DNA of 64,000 bases from Blastocladiella emersonii ATCC 22665 (GCA_025594325.1 JANHCV010000007.1:1736001-1800000); one strand, 5' to 3'. Counted from the first letter of the stretch, positions 24,149 to 38,290 are shown. Program-made: numbers and translations. Notes: a model not told the origin generated them from the sequence alone.

Positions 24149-25314
24149 ATGATGAACTTCTCGTGCCTGCTCCGGGCGCTGCCGCACGTCGCGGCCCCCG
24201 TGGCCCGCCGCGCCGCCGCCGCGACGTGGTCCGCACGCACCCTGGCCACCGTCGCGCCCGTCACGCTGTCCAACATCTCCGACAACATGGGCTCCGTCAA
24301 GACGGTAGGTTTTGCGTCCTCTGCCCGCTGCGCCTACGGGAGCGAGATCACGATGACTGATCGTCAACGACGGTCGCTCGATGCGCTCGACCTGGTTTTT
24401 GCCTGCGTTTAGAAGTGCCGCATTGGTCGCGGTAACGGTTCCGGCCGCGGCGGCACCAGTGGCCGCGGTCACAAGGGCCAGAAGGCTCGCCGCGGCACGG
24501 GCAAGCCGCGTCTCGGCTTCGAGGGTGGCCAGACCCCGCTCATGAAGCGTATCCCGAAGCGCGGCTTCAAGAACATGTACGGTTCTTTGGGAGGGTACAC
24601 TGCGCGCGCTCGCGGGACCCTCACCGCGGCCCGCTCGCCTCGTGTAGCCACGGCAAGGACCTCGGCAAGGTTAACCTCGACAAGCTGCAGCGGTGGATCG
24701 AGGTCGGCCGCATCGACCCCAGCAAGCCCATCACCATGAAGGAGCTGTATGACGCGCGCCTGATTCACAGCATCAAGGACGGCGTCAAGCTGCTCGGCGA
24801 CGTACGCGTGCTTCCCTCCGCGGCCGATCCCGCGCCTCGCACTCACACCCACCTCCCCGGTAACTAGGGCGCGGCGTACCTCCGCACGCCGATCCACATT
24901 GAGGTGACGCAGGCGTCCAAGACGGCCATCGAGGCCGTTGAGAAGCTCGGCGGCAAGGTCGTGTGCGTCTACTACAACAAGCTGGGTCTGCGCGCGCTCG
25001 TGAAGCCGCACAAGTTCCGTGTGCTGCCGCGTCGCGCCGAGCCCACGGCCACCCGCGACATCGACTACTACTCGTCGCAGGAGCACCGCGGCTACCTCGC
25101 CCTCGGCGTCGCCCCGACCTACCCGGCACCAACCGCCTCCTTCTACAACGGCGCCGCCGCGCCCGTCCAGTATTCGCTGCCGCCCATGGCCCCGATCAAG
25201 CCCACGGTCAAGCTGCTCGCCGCCCGCGAGGCCCTCGCCAAGGCTGCCGGCGTGGCACCGCCCGCTGCCGAGAAGGTCGCCGAGGAGGCTGCCACTACCG
25301 AGGCCAAGGCGTAG
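24149..25314 (+). CDS. MRPL10: Mitochondrial large ribosomal protein uL15m, ~5 exons
   Basis: [57 protein letters not shown] and [12 protein letters not shown]. Confidence 0.93.
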
Positions 25315-25425
25315 AGCGCCGCTCGTCCCGTATTTGTTCCAGCTCATTTGTCTCTGTCAATCACCACCCATATAGTTTTCACCTTACTACGAACAGTCGA
25401 TACTATTGGTTTGGTTGCGATCGCG

Positions 25426-27194
25426 CTAGTAGCGGCACTCGCCAAAGTACCGCGGCACGGGGACCACGTCGCGCACGCTCTCGGCACCCGCGAGATACCG
25501 CACGAGGCGATCGAACCCGAGCCCGAACCCGCCGTGCGGCGCCCCGCCGTACCGGCGCAGGTCGAGGTACCACGCGTACGGCTCGGGGTCCATGCCGGCA
25601 TCGCGCAGCTGGCGCGCGAGCGCCTCGGGGTCGTGCTGGCGGAGCGACCCGCCCACGAGCTCGCCGATGCCCGGGACCAGCAGGTCGAAGCACGCGACCG
25701 TGGTGCGGTCGGGCGACTCGGAAGAGGAGAGCGCGTTCGGGAGCATGTAGAAGGGCTTGAGCGGAGCCGGGTAGTCGGTGACGAATACGGGCCGGCCGAC
25801 GTCGGCCGCGAGCAGCGTCTCGTGCTCGGCCTGCAGCGCGAGGCCCCACTTGACCGGGTACTTGAACATTTTCGCCCGCTTGTGCGACGCGAGGTACGCC
25901 ACCGCGTCCGTGTAGCTGAGGACCGCGAACGGCCGCTCGGCGAGGTCGCGCACGCGGGCCTCGGCGGCGGCGCGCCGCGCTGTGCGGGCCGCGGGCGATT
26001 TGTCGCCGCCCGCGTCGGCGAGGTCGGCGAGCAGCGTCACGTCAGCGAGGTTGACGCGGCGCGCGGCGGCCTGCACGCACCCGGTCGTCAGGTCGAGCAG
26101 CGGCTGCAGCGAGTCGACGAACGAGACCTCGGCCTCGAGCATGTAGAACTCGGACAGGTGACGCGTCGACAGCGACTGCTCGGCGCGGAACGCGGGAGAG
26201 AAGGTGTAGACGCGCGGGTGCGCGTGCGCGAACATTTCGAGGTGCAGCTGGCCCGAGACGGTCAGGTTGACGCTGGGCGTGCTGAAGTACGGCTTGGCGG
26301 GGTCTGCCCCGGGGGCCACATCGCTCGGCGCGACGACCTTGAACGTCTCGCCCGCGCCCTCGCAGTCGCTCGACGTGAGCAGCGGCGTGTGGATGTGCAC
26401 GAACCCGGACTGCTGGAAGTAGTCGTGCAGGCCGACGTAGGACGCGTTGCGCACGCGCGACGCCGCCGAGAAGATGTTGGACCGCGGGCGCAGGTGCGTG
26501 ATCTCGCGCAGGAAGTCGATGCCGTGCTTCTTCTTCTGCAGCGGGTACGACGGGTCGCAGCCGCCAACCACGGTCACGTCGGCCGGCTCGGCGTGCAGCT
26601 CGACGTCCTGCTGCAGGCCCGCCGGGCTGGGCTTGAGCGTGCCGGCGACGCGGATGGCGACGCCCGTCGCGAGGCTACGCGACGAAATGGTTGGCCACGG
26701 TCAGAGAACGGCTCGTTCCGAATCATCAACTCAAGACCGTACTCACGAAGCGCGCCAGGAACGACGATCTGGAGGTGCGCAGCGGTGGTGCCGTCTGAGA
26801 GCTGGATGAAAGTGTGCGTCTTTTGCACGCGGAAGGTCTTGACCCAGCCCTGGGACGTGACTCGCGAGTCGAGCGGCAAGGCGAAGATCTCGGCCACGGT
26901 CGCGCCGAAGGTGGGCACGCCGGATGTCTCGCCCAAACGGTCAGCCAGTGACGGCCTCACGGTGGTCCCGCCCACTTTCGCGGTCGCAGCGGCCGCCGGC
27001 GCATCGGTTCCGGCGGAGGGCGGTACCGATGAAGACGGCGGCGCCGATGCCGTGGACATGGCGGCTGAGCCGCGCACACTCGGAGCCATGGAGGCGGCGG
27101 CCTTGGCCTTGGCCAAGGCTGCCGCCGTGCCCGCGAGATGTGTACGGGTCCGCGCGGCCGTGGCGACGGCGGTTCTTCTGGCGGCGTGATGCAT
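25426..27194 (-). CDS. SLM5: Mitochondrial asparaginyl-tRNA synthetase; one intron ~26676-26743
   Basis: OB anticodon domain, HLRPRSN, SSDCEGAGETF, LTVSGQLHLE, FRAEQSLSTRHLSEFYMLE, and GGAPHGGFGLGFDRL. Confidence 0.93.
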
Positions 27195-27849
27195 GGTGTG
27201 TCTAGAGCGTCGCGGCCATGGACAACTTAGCTGCTGGTGCTGGCCCCCGTTCACTTCGCGTGATGGCCAGCGTGTTGGCCACGGCCAACACGCTCAACGG
27301 ACTCGGAGGAGAAGTGAAAACACGAATCAGGTGAAGGCACGCGGAGGCTGAGTTTTGCTCTTGCACACCAGCCGCCACAGCGGCTGGTGAGCGGCGGCCA
27401 AGTCCTCGAGGCCAGCCCACCCAGCTTTTGCCTCAGCTCCCCCCGACGGCCACGTTCTTTTTGGAAGGGACAAGGTGCCTACACCTTCACTGCAATGTAA
27501 ATCCATGTATCCGGCCACCGCGCCGTCGTCGAGAACAGCCGACTCACGGACTCGCCGCCGAATTCTCGCCCGCCACCGTCTATGTGTCGTCCTCGTCGCT
27601 CGGGTCTGCACGTCCATCCATCCGTCTACCATCCGCACTCGCTGCGTCGATACCACCTCGCCGGCCTTCCCTTCTCGCTGTCCGGTCGCCTCGCTGCTCT
27701 GTTCGCCGTCCGCTCGCTGTACGCTCGTTCATCGCCCCCTGCGTCGTCGATCCGCCGTGAACCGCCGCCGTTGCGTGCTCTGGTCTGTCCTCCCTGAATT
27801 CTGCTCGTTTTCGGACTTGCCGGATCGCTCTGCTGGACCGCTCTTGTGA

Positions 27850-28734
<885 letters not shown>

Positions 28735-29749
28735 TGATGCAGCTGATTTCCAGGTTGAGCGGGGTGCTGACGCGACGGCCGCAGTCACACCAACCACCGC
28801 AATAGCTTTGCCAAGGAGCATAACTTCGTTTGCTGCGACTTCGCTGAACCACGCCGCGCTGTGCTGGGCTGTCACCTCAAACGTGGCAGGACAAGTTATC
28901 GCCGCAGCCTGGTCGCTCAGGAGCGTTCATGCTTCCCGCCGCCGTAATGCTAAACCACGCGATCGGCACTAGCCATTGAGGAGCGTCCGCTCAAGGCCCA
29001 AAATCGGCTCGTCCTTGACATCCACCGCGTTCGTCTGAAGCCGCGACAAGCGCACCTGCCATTCGTTACTCAAGCACAACTATATCACGTCCCCACAAAA
29101 AAAAAAAAAAATCCTGAGCTTTGTTGGCCTGATCGTGCCTGTCAACTGGAGCGTGCGGTTTGACATTGACCACGTCCTACTCGTCGGTTCCAACGTGACT
29201 CTTACCATCGATATGGAGAAGCTCTTCGCGGTCCAGCGATACAAGGTCCTTGCGGCGCCCATTTGGGTCAAAGCCAACAACCCGCACCACGCGAACATCT
29301 GAATCATTTTTGTACGGCTCAACACCCTGTCCGACAACGGCATGATCCCGCTTCTGCTCCAGCTTGCAACGCGGGTCGTAAACGCCGCCATGTCGAGCGA
29401 GCGCAGTGGGCGCCAGGACGGCAACCTCTGCACTTGCTCGCGTCGCGCCACTTGCTTGCTGTGGCGCATCGCGTTCCAAAACGGAACAAGTTCCGATCGC
29501 TCCTGCGATCACCTGTTCACCTTTTCAAGCTCTCGGCGAGTCGGCCGGCGTGATCCGCGACGTGTTTTGTACGCTCATGTAGAAGTCGCACGGAATCGTG
29601 GTGATCAGGCGGGACAAGGTCCTGCTCATTGGCGAGCCCAACATTCTGCATATTCCGATCTCGCCTTCGCCAGCCAGCGAGTACACACAAGGATTCACCT
29701 TCACGGGCTCTCCAACATTGTTCCCGTACAACGTTGGCTGCCTTACAAG

Positions 29750-30740
29750 CAAGCTGGAATCATGGCGCAGACACCTCTGTCCCCCTGGACAATTTCATGG
29801 AATCGCATGCACCATTGGCTTTGCCTTGCGCTCGCCCTGGTGGCCCGGCCTACACAGGACCGTCAAGCTGATTGCGAAGTCGTGTCTCGTTTGCACGCAG
29901 GCCAAGGTTCTGCAGCACCAGCCCGATGGCAAGTATCAGCCGCTGGCCACGCCGCCGTGGTGTTGGTCGTCAATCTCCATGGACTTCATCACGGACCTGC
30001 CGCGCAGCAAGGACAACACATGCAATATAGTTGTCGTCGATCTGTTCTCCAAGATGACGCACTTCATCCCGCTCGCCACACTGTTGAACGCCGCCACGAC
30101 CGCCAACGTGTTCCTCAAGCACGTGGTGCGACCGTACGGGCTGCCCTACAACATTGTCTCGGACTGCGGGTTGCAGTTCACGTCGCGGTTCTGGTCAGCC
30201 TCGTTCAACGCGCTTGAGATCAAAGCCAAGCTTTTGACGGCGTACCAACCGCCGCAGATCGAGCGCATGAGTCAGTTATTTGAGGTGTACCTGCGCATGT
30301 TTGTCAACGAGGAGCAGTCGAACTGGGCCAAGCTGCTGCTCTACGCCGATCAACAACTTGGTCAACGAGTCGATGGGCGTGTCGCCATTCATGGCCAACT
30401 ACGGGTTTCACCCACGTCTTTCGGCGGCGCTGGTGCGATCGGATTGGATCCCGTTGGCCGCGTTGCTTGCCGAGCACATTTTCGAGATCAAGGGCGACCC
30501 GCAGCAGAAGATCGATTGCGCCAAGAAGATGTAAAAAAAGCACGCCAACCGCCGTCGCCACAAGAGCCCCAAGTACAAACTCAGCGACACCGCTGCTGAA
30601 AACCAAGAACATGCGCGTCGACCTGCCCAAGGCCAGCTTCGTGCGCCTGATTTGCAAGTTGGCTGTCAAGCTTGAGTTGCCGCCGACCATGGTGCGTGTT
30701 CACACGGTGTTCCATGCCTTACTCATCATTGTGTAACGGT
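29750..30740 (+). mobile_element. Degenerate Ty3/gypsy pol relic (RNase H fragment, integrase)
   Basis: WWPGL...KSCLVC, WSSISMDFITDLPRS, IVVVDLFSKMTHFIP, GLPYNIVSD, IERMSQ, VKLELPPTMVRVHTVFH, with frameshifts. No LTRs found. Confidence 0.9.
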
Positions 30741-31409
30741 CCTACCGCGACGTTTGCGTTCCCTCCAGCTTTTTCCAGGTTGGTTCCAAATGAAGCAGAC
30801 TCAAAGCTTCATCGAAATTGTTTTGAACTCGCCCCAAGAAGAAAGCTCAAGCCCGTGGAACAATCGCGTAGCGCTACTTCCGTTGCAATGAGTCTTGGGC
30901 GATCCTGCCTTGTTGCTTTTGGTGCACGAGGACTGGGTTGGGCGACTTCAAGTCGCGTGGTTCATTTCACGTGACCGCTCGCCACGCGATCGAGCGTCTG
31001 GGCATGTGCTGGTATGAGCGGGAAGTCGACGTTATGCGATTCGCAAAGCAGTAGTCGGTGACAAGGAAGCAGATTTCGTGGGCCGCAGCATTGACGGGTC
31101 CATGCAAATCGCACAAGTTGATTGCTCAAGGAATGGGCACCCGAATTGAACCGATTGCTTCCGCGATAGCGCATTAACCTGAATTTCCGTACTGCGCCGC
31201 GCTCATTCAATGAGCGCGGCGGTCGGTCGCTCATGCTGGCCAGCAGCTCAACGCCTCAAGTTCCCGGCGCGGACTCGGTAATCGTGTTGCAGCGCACGCT
31301 CCAAACGTGCGCCTAGACTGTGCTCAATCCGATTGACGTCGCGGTGGGAGCGCAATGCGCGGGTATATGAGCTTGCGCAGGTGGCTGTACAGCTGCTTGA
31401 ACCACACAA

Positions 31410-33300
31410 CTGTTGACACGGCCAATGACGCCATTCATGAACTCAGAACTACACGATGCGAAGCCCACAATAGCTGGTTAGTCAACGCGTTGTTGGGTCG
31501 GTTAATATGACGCAGTGATGTACGGCGTGTTGATGTTCCGCGTCACAATAATACGTGCGTCAGCGAACAGCTTGAGGCCCGATGGAATGTGGTCGGTCTT
31601 GCTCGAGGGAAGCAGTTTCGCACAGTTGAGCAGGCGCTGGTCACTGTTGTTCTGTCCGTTGCTCTCAATGACGAGCTGCCGCCAATGGAGTGGTCCAGTT
31701 GCCGAGGGCTTGCGGACAAGATCGATGCAATCGAGGTCAAAGATCTTGTCAGGCTGGAGCCCGAGGTGCCGCGCGTGTTTCGCAGTGGCCATCGTGTTCC
31801 ACGCGTCACGCACCGAGTTCTGCGCCGTGATGAGCACCTGGTCGCTCCAGTTGTGGAGTCGTTCTGGATACTGGCCGAGTACAACGTCTGCTCGGTGCGT
31901 GCAGAGGTACTTGACCACGCGCTGTGAGACGTTGCAGTTGCGCTGGTCCTAGAGCACGCCAAGGAACCCCGCGTCGCCCGACTGCCGCATCTGCTGGAGG
32001 AGGAAGAAGACCGAGCTTCTGATCACAACCAATGATGGCGTCGGTTTGAGTTCTGCTGACCGTTGGCCCTACTTGCGCTTCAATGCGCGCCTCCTCATCT
32101 GTTGCCAAGGCTCGCCATTGACCTGCATCAGGTCGCCATCATAACTTTGTTGACGTCGGGCTCGGGTTTGACCACCTGCTTAGATGAAATCGTGAGCGAG
32201 CGCGCCATGACAGGCTTGAACTGGAAAAAGTCGCCAAACGGGAGGACGTGCAGGCCGCCAAACGAACAATGGTCGCGGCTTGGGTACAGCGCGTCAAAGC
32301 GCAAGTGCATGGCGGCAAAGAGCTCGGCGCCGACCATGGAGATCTCATTGATGAGGACAAACTTGACGGGGCGGAACGAGGCCTCAAGCTTGGCCTTGGC
32401 TTTGTTGCTCATCGGCTTGGTCGCTGAGACGACGGTGCCAATACTGTACATGGGATGGATCGTAGAGCCGCCAATGGGCGCTACTTGGCGAGGTGATCAA
32501 GTCAGTGGTCGGGCCGCTTTTCAGGTTGCGCCGCGGCACATGAGTGGCGCGTCGCGAGAGCAAGTCGCGTACTCTTGACCATCTGAGCTGGCGGCGCACT
32601 CGCCAAGTCCTCGGCCTCCAGGTTGTCCTCGTGCACGCCGCTGCGCTCGCTCGCCTTGAGATCGGCGTTGTTGACGCCTGTGACGCGCGACTCCATGCCG
32701 GCCAGCATGCCGTCCTCGAGCAGCGCGTTGATGCGCTCCATATCGATGGTGATGTTGGCGTAGGACGGATTGTGCTCCTTGAGCCACTGGGGAGCAGCGG
32801 GAACGCATCTCAAAACTGGCCCCACCGTTACAGCGCAATCTGGTCCCGATGCCCGTTTCTGGCCACGATTGGGGCCCAAGGCGTGGGGCGGGGCAGGTCG
32901 GCCGCCAGCGCGGAATCGCGGCTCAAGTGTAGCTGGGGACGCTATGGCCGCGATCTTGCCCAGATCTGGGCCAAAGAATGTGCGGAGCACGTGTTCATTT
33001 TGAGCGAGGGAAACGGAGCCGCGGGTGAGCTGAGTGCGTGCAGAGCGATACAGTACAGGACACAAAGAACTGGTACGTGGTGGTGTTGGCGCCGCCCGTC
33101 AGCGGGAGGCACAGGAACCGGATCTCAGCGCTCGTGATGCACAGTTTCCACAGCCGCTTGCCGTGGCGCGTCAGGGACGCGGCGAACGTGTCCTGCACCT
33201 TGTTGGACGACACGCTCGCTCACGTTCCAGGTGTATTGGCCAGGCGCGCATCCACCACCAAGGTCCGGCTCGGCCGCACAACAAGCCCCTCATCATTGGG
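31410..33300 (-). mobile_element. Helitron RepHel relic, copy 1 (internally deleted)
   Basis: QWLKEHNPSYANITID (Helitron N-terminal region), IGGSTIH, VLINEISMVG, FGGLHVLPFGDFFQFKPV, LKLFADARIIVTRNIN. Confidence 0.85.
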
Positions 33301-35059
33301 TACGACTTTCTCGTTGAACTCGCTTCCTGACTGCACCTGACTCTCGTTCTACCCGTAGTTGAGTCGCCCGCAAGACACGCAAAACCTGACCAAGCGGCCC
33401 GGTCCCCCACGGCCGTGACGGAAAAGGTGCTATCACATTCGTTCCTCGCTGATCTGCTCGACCTCGTTGCTGACATTGATGCTCCCGTGACTCGTAGACC
33501 GACAGGTCTGCGCTTCGGGAGAGACTAAGCCTACTGCTGAGAACGCGCTGCCTGGTACCTTTTTGTTCCCAACGCGGGACTGCGTCGTGCAAAGTGATGT
33601 CTGGCCTTGGGCTTTGGCGCCAGGCTTTCCAAATTGGTCGCAAGCTTCAAGCGCGTAGGTTTGAGCAGCATGCTCCGATCTGTGACAAGAACTTCTTCAT
33701 CATCCTCAATCCTCGGGCAACGCTACCACTGGGCGCCGGACAAACCAGCACAGCAGCAGATGGCCCTTTTCTTAGCTAAGAATCTTAAGAAAACTGAGGG
33801 GGAGCTGCCTGGGCGAAGCGCTGCCGCCGCGGCGCGTGCGGCGGAGCAAGGCGGAGAAAGGCCGCCCATATCCTTTGAGGTGCCTAGCGTGCGCAGCGGC
33901 GGCCTCGCGCGTGAATTGCGCGAGGCGGCGCGGCCTGAAACGCCCGCGGGCTGGCGCGGTGGCAGCTTGAGCGCAAGCGCGCGCGCGACTTCGGGTGCCC
34001 TGCTCCTTCACGTCACGATGACGCAACACGGCCCGCTTGCCCAGGGTCCTTCGCCGGTCCTTTGCGAAATCCGTGCGCACGGCCGCGGTGGTCGCCGCGC
34101 CCCACCGCGCCCCGCTGCCCGCCTCGGTCGCTGGCCACGGACATAAAAGCCGACCGCGGCCCTCACCCATCTCGCGCTCTTCACCTCGCCCTCGCCCACC
34201 ACGATGCTCGAGTGGTACATGTCCTCATGGAGTCCCAAACGGCGGCCATGCGTGCTGACCACCAACCATGTAGACGTCGCCGCAGGACTCCCTCGCAACC
34301 GTGCGCGCTCGCGCCAGGCGTTCTTCACGGTACGCTGCCCCGCCGCCGACCGCTCGCTCGCCACGACCACCGGCTAACGGATCGCGTTCTCCTCTGCGCG
34401 TAGATGGCTGCCGCGCCGCGACACGTCGCTCGTCTGTCCCAGCTCGCTCGACCCGCTCGTGATCCTTGACGTACGTCCCCATCTACTCGCGCAAGCTCGC
34501 TCTTTGGATCGCCGACTCACCGCTCTCCTCGCCCATCTTCCTCTAGCACGCCGTCCGCACCAACACGTCCTGGTCCAGGTCGCGATCATCGCCGCCGTCG
34601 TCCTCAACAACCGCGCGAGCGGTCCGCTCGCGCAAGGCGCGCCATCTTCAGGGCGGCCGCCGCCGTTGCGTGTGCGGGTCGCTGCCGCTAGCTGTGCGGG
34701 TCGCGGGCGGCGGGGTGGGCGGGGTGCGCGCGCGTGCAGGCGGGTGGCCCTGCTCGAGGAGGGACCCTACCCGCGCGAGTGGTGCAGCAGCGGAAGCGCG
34801 ACCCGGTGCGCGCGATCGATCCGCGATCATCATGTTTTGGATCCTCATGACCGACCTAATCTCGCGCGCGCGCGAGCTGGCGGCGGAATCGCCCGCTTGC
34901 GGCACCGGATGGCGGCGTTGCCAAGGGCTAAGAAAAATAAGAACTTCTTCCTGTTCAAAAAGTGCCTGCTTTTGCCTGTGTTCTCGCTCTAAGAAATGCG
35001 CGGTTTGCTGCTGTGTAGAGAATGACGTGTCAAAATCGCTATGTATTAATGAGCTAAGG

Positions 35060-36312
35060 ACTAGGTAGTGGTTGCCTCCACCAGACTTTGCAGTCGAGCG
35101 TACTCAGCAAGTACATGTTAATCCTGTGTTTGATTCAGGCCTTGGATACCTGGATCACGCAGGATCAGGATGTCATCACCGCGCCGTACACGCGATAGGA
35201 TCATGTACAGGAAGCGCGACGGTAACGATCCACGCGTCATGTTGGCGAGATCAACAATGACCTTTTTGGGGGTCATCCCTTGGGCCTTGTGCGCCGTCAG
35301 CGCGTACGCAAGCTCGAGCGGGAACTGGGCTCAATGGATCGTCTTGGATGTGCTGGCCACCTTGTTCTTGAGGCGGAACAAGGCGATCTTGCGGCGCAGC
35401 GGGAAGCAGCCGTTGGGGATCCCGGGTAGCTTGGGCATGCAACCCAGATCCTTGTTGGGCCGGATGATGACTGCATCAATGTTGTTGTTTGCGTCGGTGG
35501 CAAAGCCTTCAACACGGCCCATGACCACGTTGACGATGCCACGACTACACGATGCAAAGCGAGGAAGCGCTGGTGAGTCCAAGCGCCTAATGGCTGGCGA
35601 ATATGACGCGGAGACGTACGGCGTGTTGATGTTCCGCGTCACAATGACACGCGCGCCAGCAAACAGCTTGAGGGTAGATGGGATGTGGTCCGTCTTGCTT
35701 GCTGGAAGCAGTTTTGTGAAGTTGAGCATGCGCTGGTCGCTCTCGCTCTGACCGCTGCTCTCAATGACAAGCTGCGGCCAAAGGAGTGGTCCAGTTGTGG
35801 AGGGCTTGCAGACGAGATCAACGCACTCGAGGTCAAAGATTTTGTCAGGTTGGAGACCGAGGCAACGCGCGTGTTTCGCGGCGGCCATTGAATTCCACGC
35901 GTCGCGCACCAAGTTCTGCGCCGTAATGAGGACCTGGTCGCTCCAGTCGTCGAGCTGGCCTGGGTGCTGGCCCAGTACAACGTCTGCTCGCCGCGAGCTG
36001 AGGTACTCAATCACGCGCTGCGAGATGATGCAGTTGCGCAGGTCCTGGAGCACGTTGAGGAAGCTCGCGTCGCCCAACTGCCGCATCTGCTGCACAAGGA
36101 AGAAGACCGAGTCAAAGGCAAGCCACTGATCGCAACCAATGTTGGCGTCATTTTGAGTTCTGCTGACCGCTGGCCGCTCCTTGCGCTTGGACGCGCGCTT
36201 CTTCTGCTGCTGCTGCTGCTGAGGCTCGCCGTCGACCTGCATCGAGTTGCCATCATGAGCTGCATCCACCTTGGGTTTGGGTGCGCGTTTGACCGGCTGC
36301 TCAGATGGAACC
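35060..36312 (-). mobile_element. Helitron PIF1-type helicase relic, copy 2, C-terminal half
   Basis: QQMRQ, LKLFAGARVIVTRNIN, QFPLELAYALTAHKAQGMT and YMILSRVR. CTAG followed by T at ~35059-35062 on the minus strand may be the 3' end. Confidence 0.88.
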
Positions 36313-36523
36313 TGTAGCGTGGCAAGGAGGGGGACACAAGGAGACCACGATACAGCTAGTCAGGGATGTGTATTCCTGCCTCCAGCCCCAAACCCAAGGC
36401 GGGGTGAGGGGAGCGTGGATGCAAATGCCGGGAGCGCTGCCGCAGGCAGCAGGCGGCGCAGGAACAGGTGCGCAGTCGGTCACATGCGACCAGGTGGCTG
36501 GTTGCCACACGCGTTGGTTAACA
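36313..36523 (-). repeat. 3' LTR (211 bp)
   Basis: TGTAGCG...GGTTAACA. It has 11 substitutions relative to 41535-41745. Confidence 0.95.
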
Positions 36524-36535
36524 TCACCCCCTCCC
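36524..36535 (-). promoter_or_regulatory. Polypurine tract
   Basis: GGGAGGGGGTGA lies immediately 5' of the 3' LTR on the minus strand. Confidence 0.8.
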
Positions 36536-36714
36536 AGACCGCGCATGGGCGTAGCGGCGGAATGGAGAGCGGCACCAGCCAAAGGCGCGGTGGCTGACAA
36601 GCTTGGTGGTGCACTGCGTTGGCAGGCGGTGCACGGCGCAGGCAAGCAATGAGCCGGCTGGCGACTTCTTGGGCAAAACCTGCAACTACTTGGCCGAGGC
36701 TTGGCGGGGAGCTG

Positions 36715-37050
36715 GATCTTGAAGGAAGATGTGGAAGATGGGGCTCGGCGACCTTGGAGGCGAGCTGCACAGCAGCAATTGCTGGCGCTTGAGCCGGGTG
36801 TCGGCCAAGATCTTCTGGTGGTGGTTGAAGATGGCGCAGGTGGGCTTGGCGACCTTGGAGGCGAGCTGCGGCAGCTATTGCTGGCGCTCAAGCTGGGTGT
36901 TGGCCGAGATCTTCTGGTGGTAGTCGAAGATGGCGCAGGCAGGCTTGGCAACCTTGGAAGTGTGCCGCAGCAGCTGTCGCTGGCGCTTGAGCTGGGTTTT
37001 GGCCGAGATCTTCTTGTGCTCGCTCGAGCTGGGTGTCAGCCAAGATCTTC
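36715..37050. repeat. ~99-bp tandem repeat x~3.3 at the integrase C-terminus
   Basis: GATCTT anchors at 36715, 36809, 36908 and 37007. Confidence 0.85.
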
Positions 37051-37059
37051 TTGTGGTAG

Positions 37060-38060
37060 TTGTTGATCACGTACGCGCCGCCCTGGTTACGGCGGATCAC
37101 CATGTACAGGCCCTCGTAGCGCAGGTTGACGCGGGAGGCGCAGTCGGTGGTGATGCGCATGACAATGGCGCCCGCGGGGATGTTGGTGGCAATGATCTTG
37201 CGGTGCTGATCAACGCGCGCCTGCATGACGGCGTTGCGGTTGGCGGTGCGCTGCGCGATGGCGGGGAACACGGCCTCGGTCATGAGCTTGAGGCGGGCGA
37301 GCTGCTCCTGCTTGGTCATGTCACGCAAGGCCAGCTGCGCGCGGTAGTCGCAGAGCGCGTTGGACGGGCGCGCAAAGATGAGCAAGAAGGGTGTTGAGCC
37401 GTGACGCGCGTGCACGCGCATGTTGTAGGCATACTGGATGGCCGGGACCATGGAAGGCCAGCGGTCGAGCTGCCCATTGAGCGAGGGGAGCAGCATCTGC
37501 TTGATTGAGCGGACGAGACGCTCCGAGGCGCCGTTGGCCTGCAGGTGGTACGGCGAGACAAGGCGGCGGTCGATGCCGGCCATGTCGGCGAGCGAGGCGA
37601 TGATCTGGTTGGCGAACTCGGGGCCGTTGTTGGAGACTGGATGATGCGCAGGAAGCCGAACTGGAAGCAGGTCGTGAGGAAGCCGCAGGCGACCTCGGCG
37701 GCTGATGTGGAGCGGATCGGGTGGAGCCACGCAAACCAGGTGCAGATGTCGATGCTCACGAGCACGTGCATGTATCCGTTGGGCGAGATCGGCAGCTGCA
37801 GGCAGTCCATGGACAGGTGGTCCAGCGGGAGCTCGGCCTCGATTGAGCGCATCGGGTGGAAGCCCTGGCGCGTTGTCAAGAAGCAGGCGCACGGGATGCA
37901 GCCGGCAATGACGCGCTGGCAGTCGGCAAGCATGCCAGACCATTTGTGGCCGAGGACAATGAGCTGCTGCTGTGTGGCTGCGGGACCCGAGTGACCCCAG
38001 TTGTGCACGTCGCAGATGAGCTGCTCGCGCTGGTTGCGGGGCACAAGCGCCGTGTTGAGG
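37060..38060 (-). pseudogene. Retroelement integrase relic
   Basis: HNWGH...CIPC zinc-binding motif, LDHLSMDCLQLP, VLVSID, NNGPEF, NGASERLVRSIKQML, RYEG.Y; frameshifted. Confidence 0.9.
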
Positions 38061-38066
38061 CGCTGG

Positions 38067-38290
38067 GCGAGGGGAACGGTGCCTATTGGCGAGAAAACTG
38101 GGCGAACCACAACCACCCTGTTGGATGGCGCGGCCGTGAAGGCGAAGGTTCGCTTGGCGGGCATGAGGGAGGCCGGCGCGAGGGGAACAGTGCCTATTGG
38201 CAAGAAAACTGGGCAACAACCACCCTGTTGGATGGCGCGGCCGTGAAGGCGAAGGTTTGCTTGGCGGGCGTGAGGGAGGCTGGCGCGAGG
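38067..38290. repeat. ~110-bp tandem duplication between RNase H and integrase
   Basis: GCGAGGGGAAC..GTGCCTATTGGC..AAAACTGGGC..CCACCCTGTTGGATGGCGCGGCCGTGAAGGCGAAGG occurs at 38067 and 38178. Confidence 0.85.

Noticed and set aside
11987-27194. Apparent cluster of mitochondrion-targeted genes (NIF2, PsuG/K, TPR, uL15m, AsnRS)
   Set aside because: The functions are unrelated and interspersed with other genes, so this is compatible with chance. Presequences were judged only by eye.
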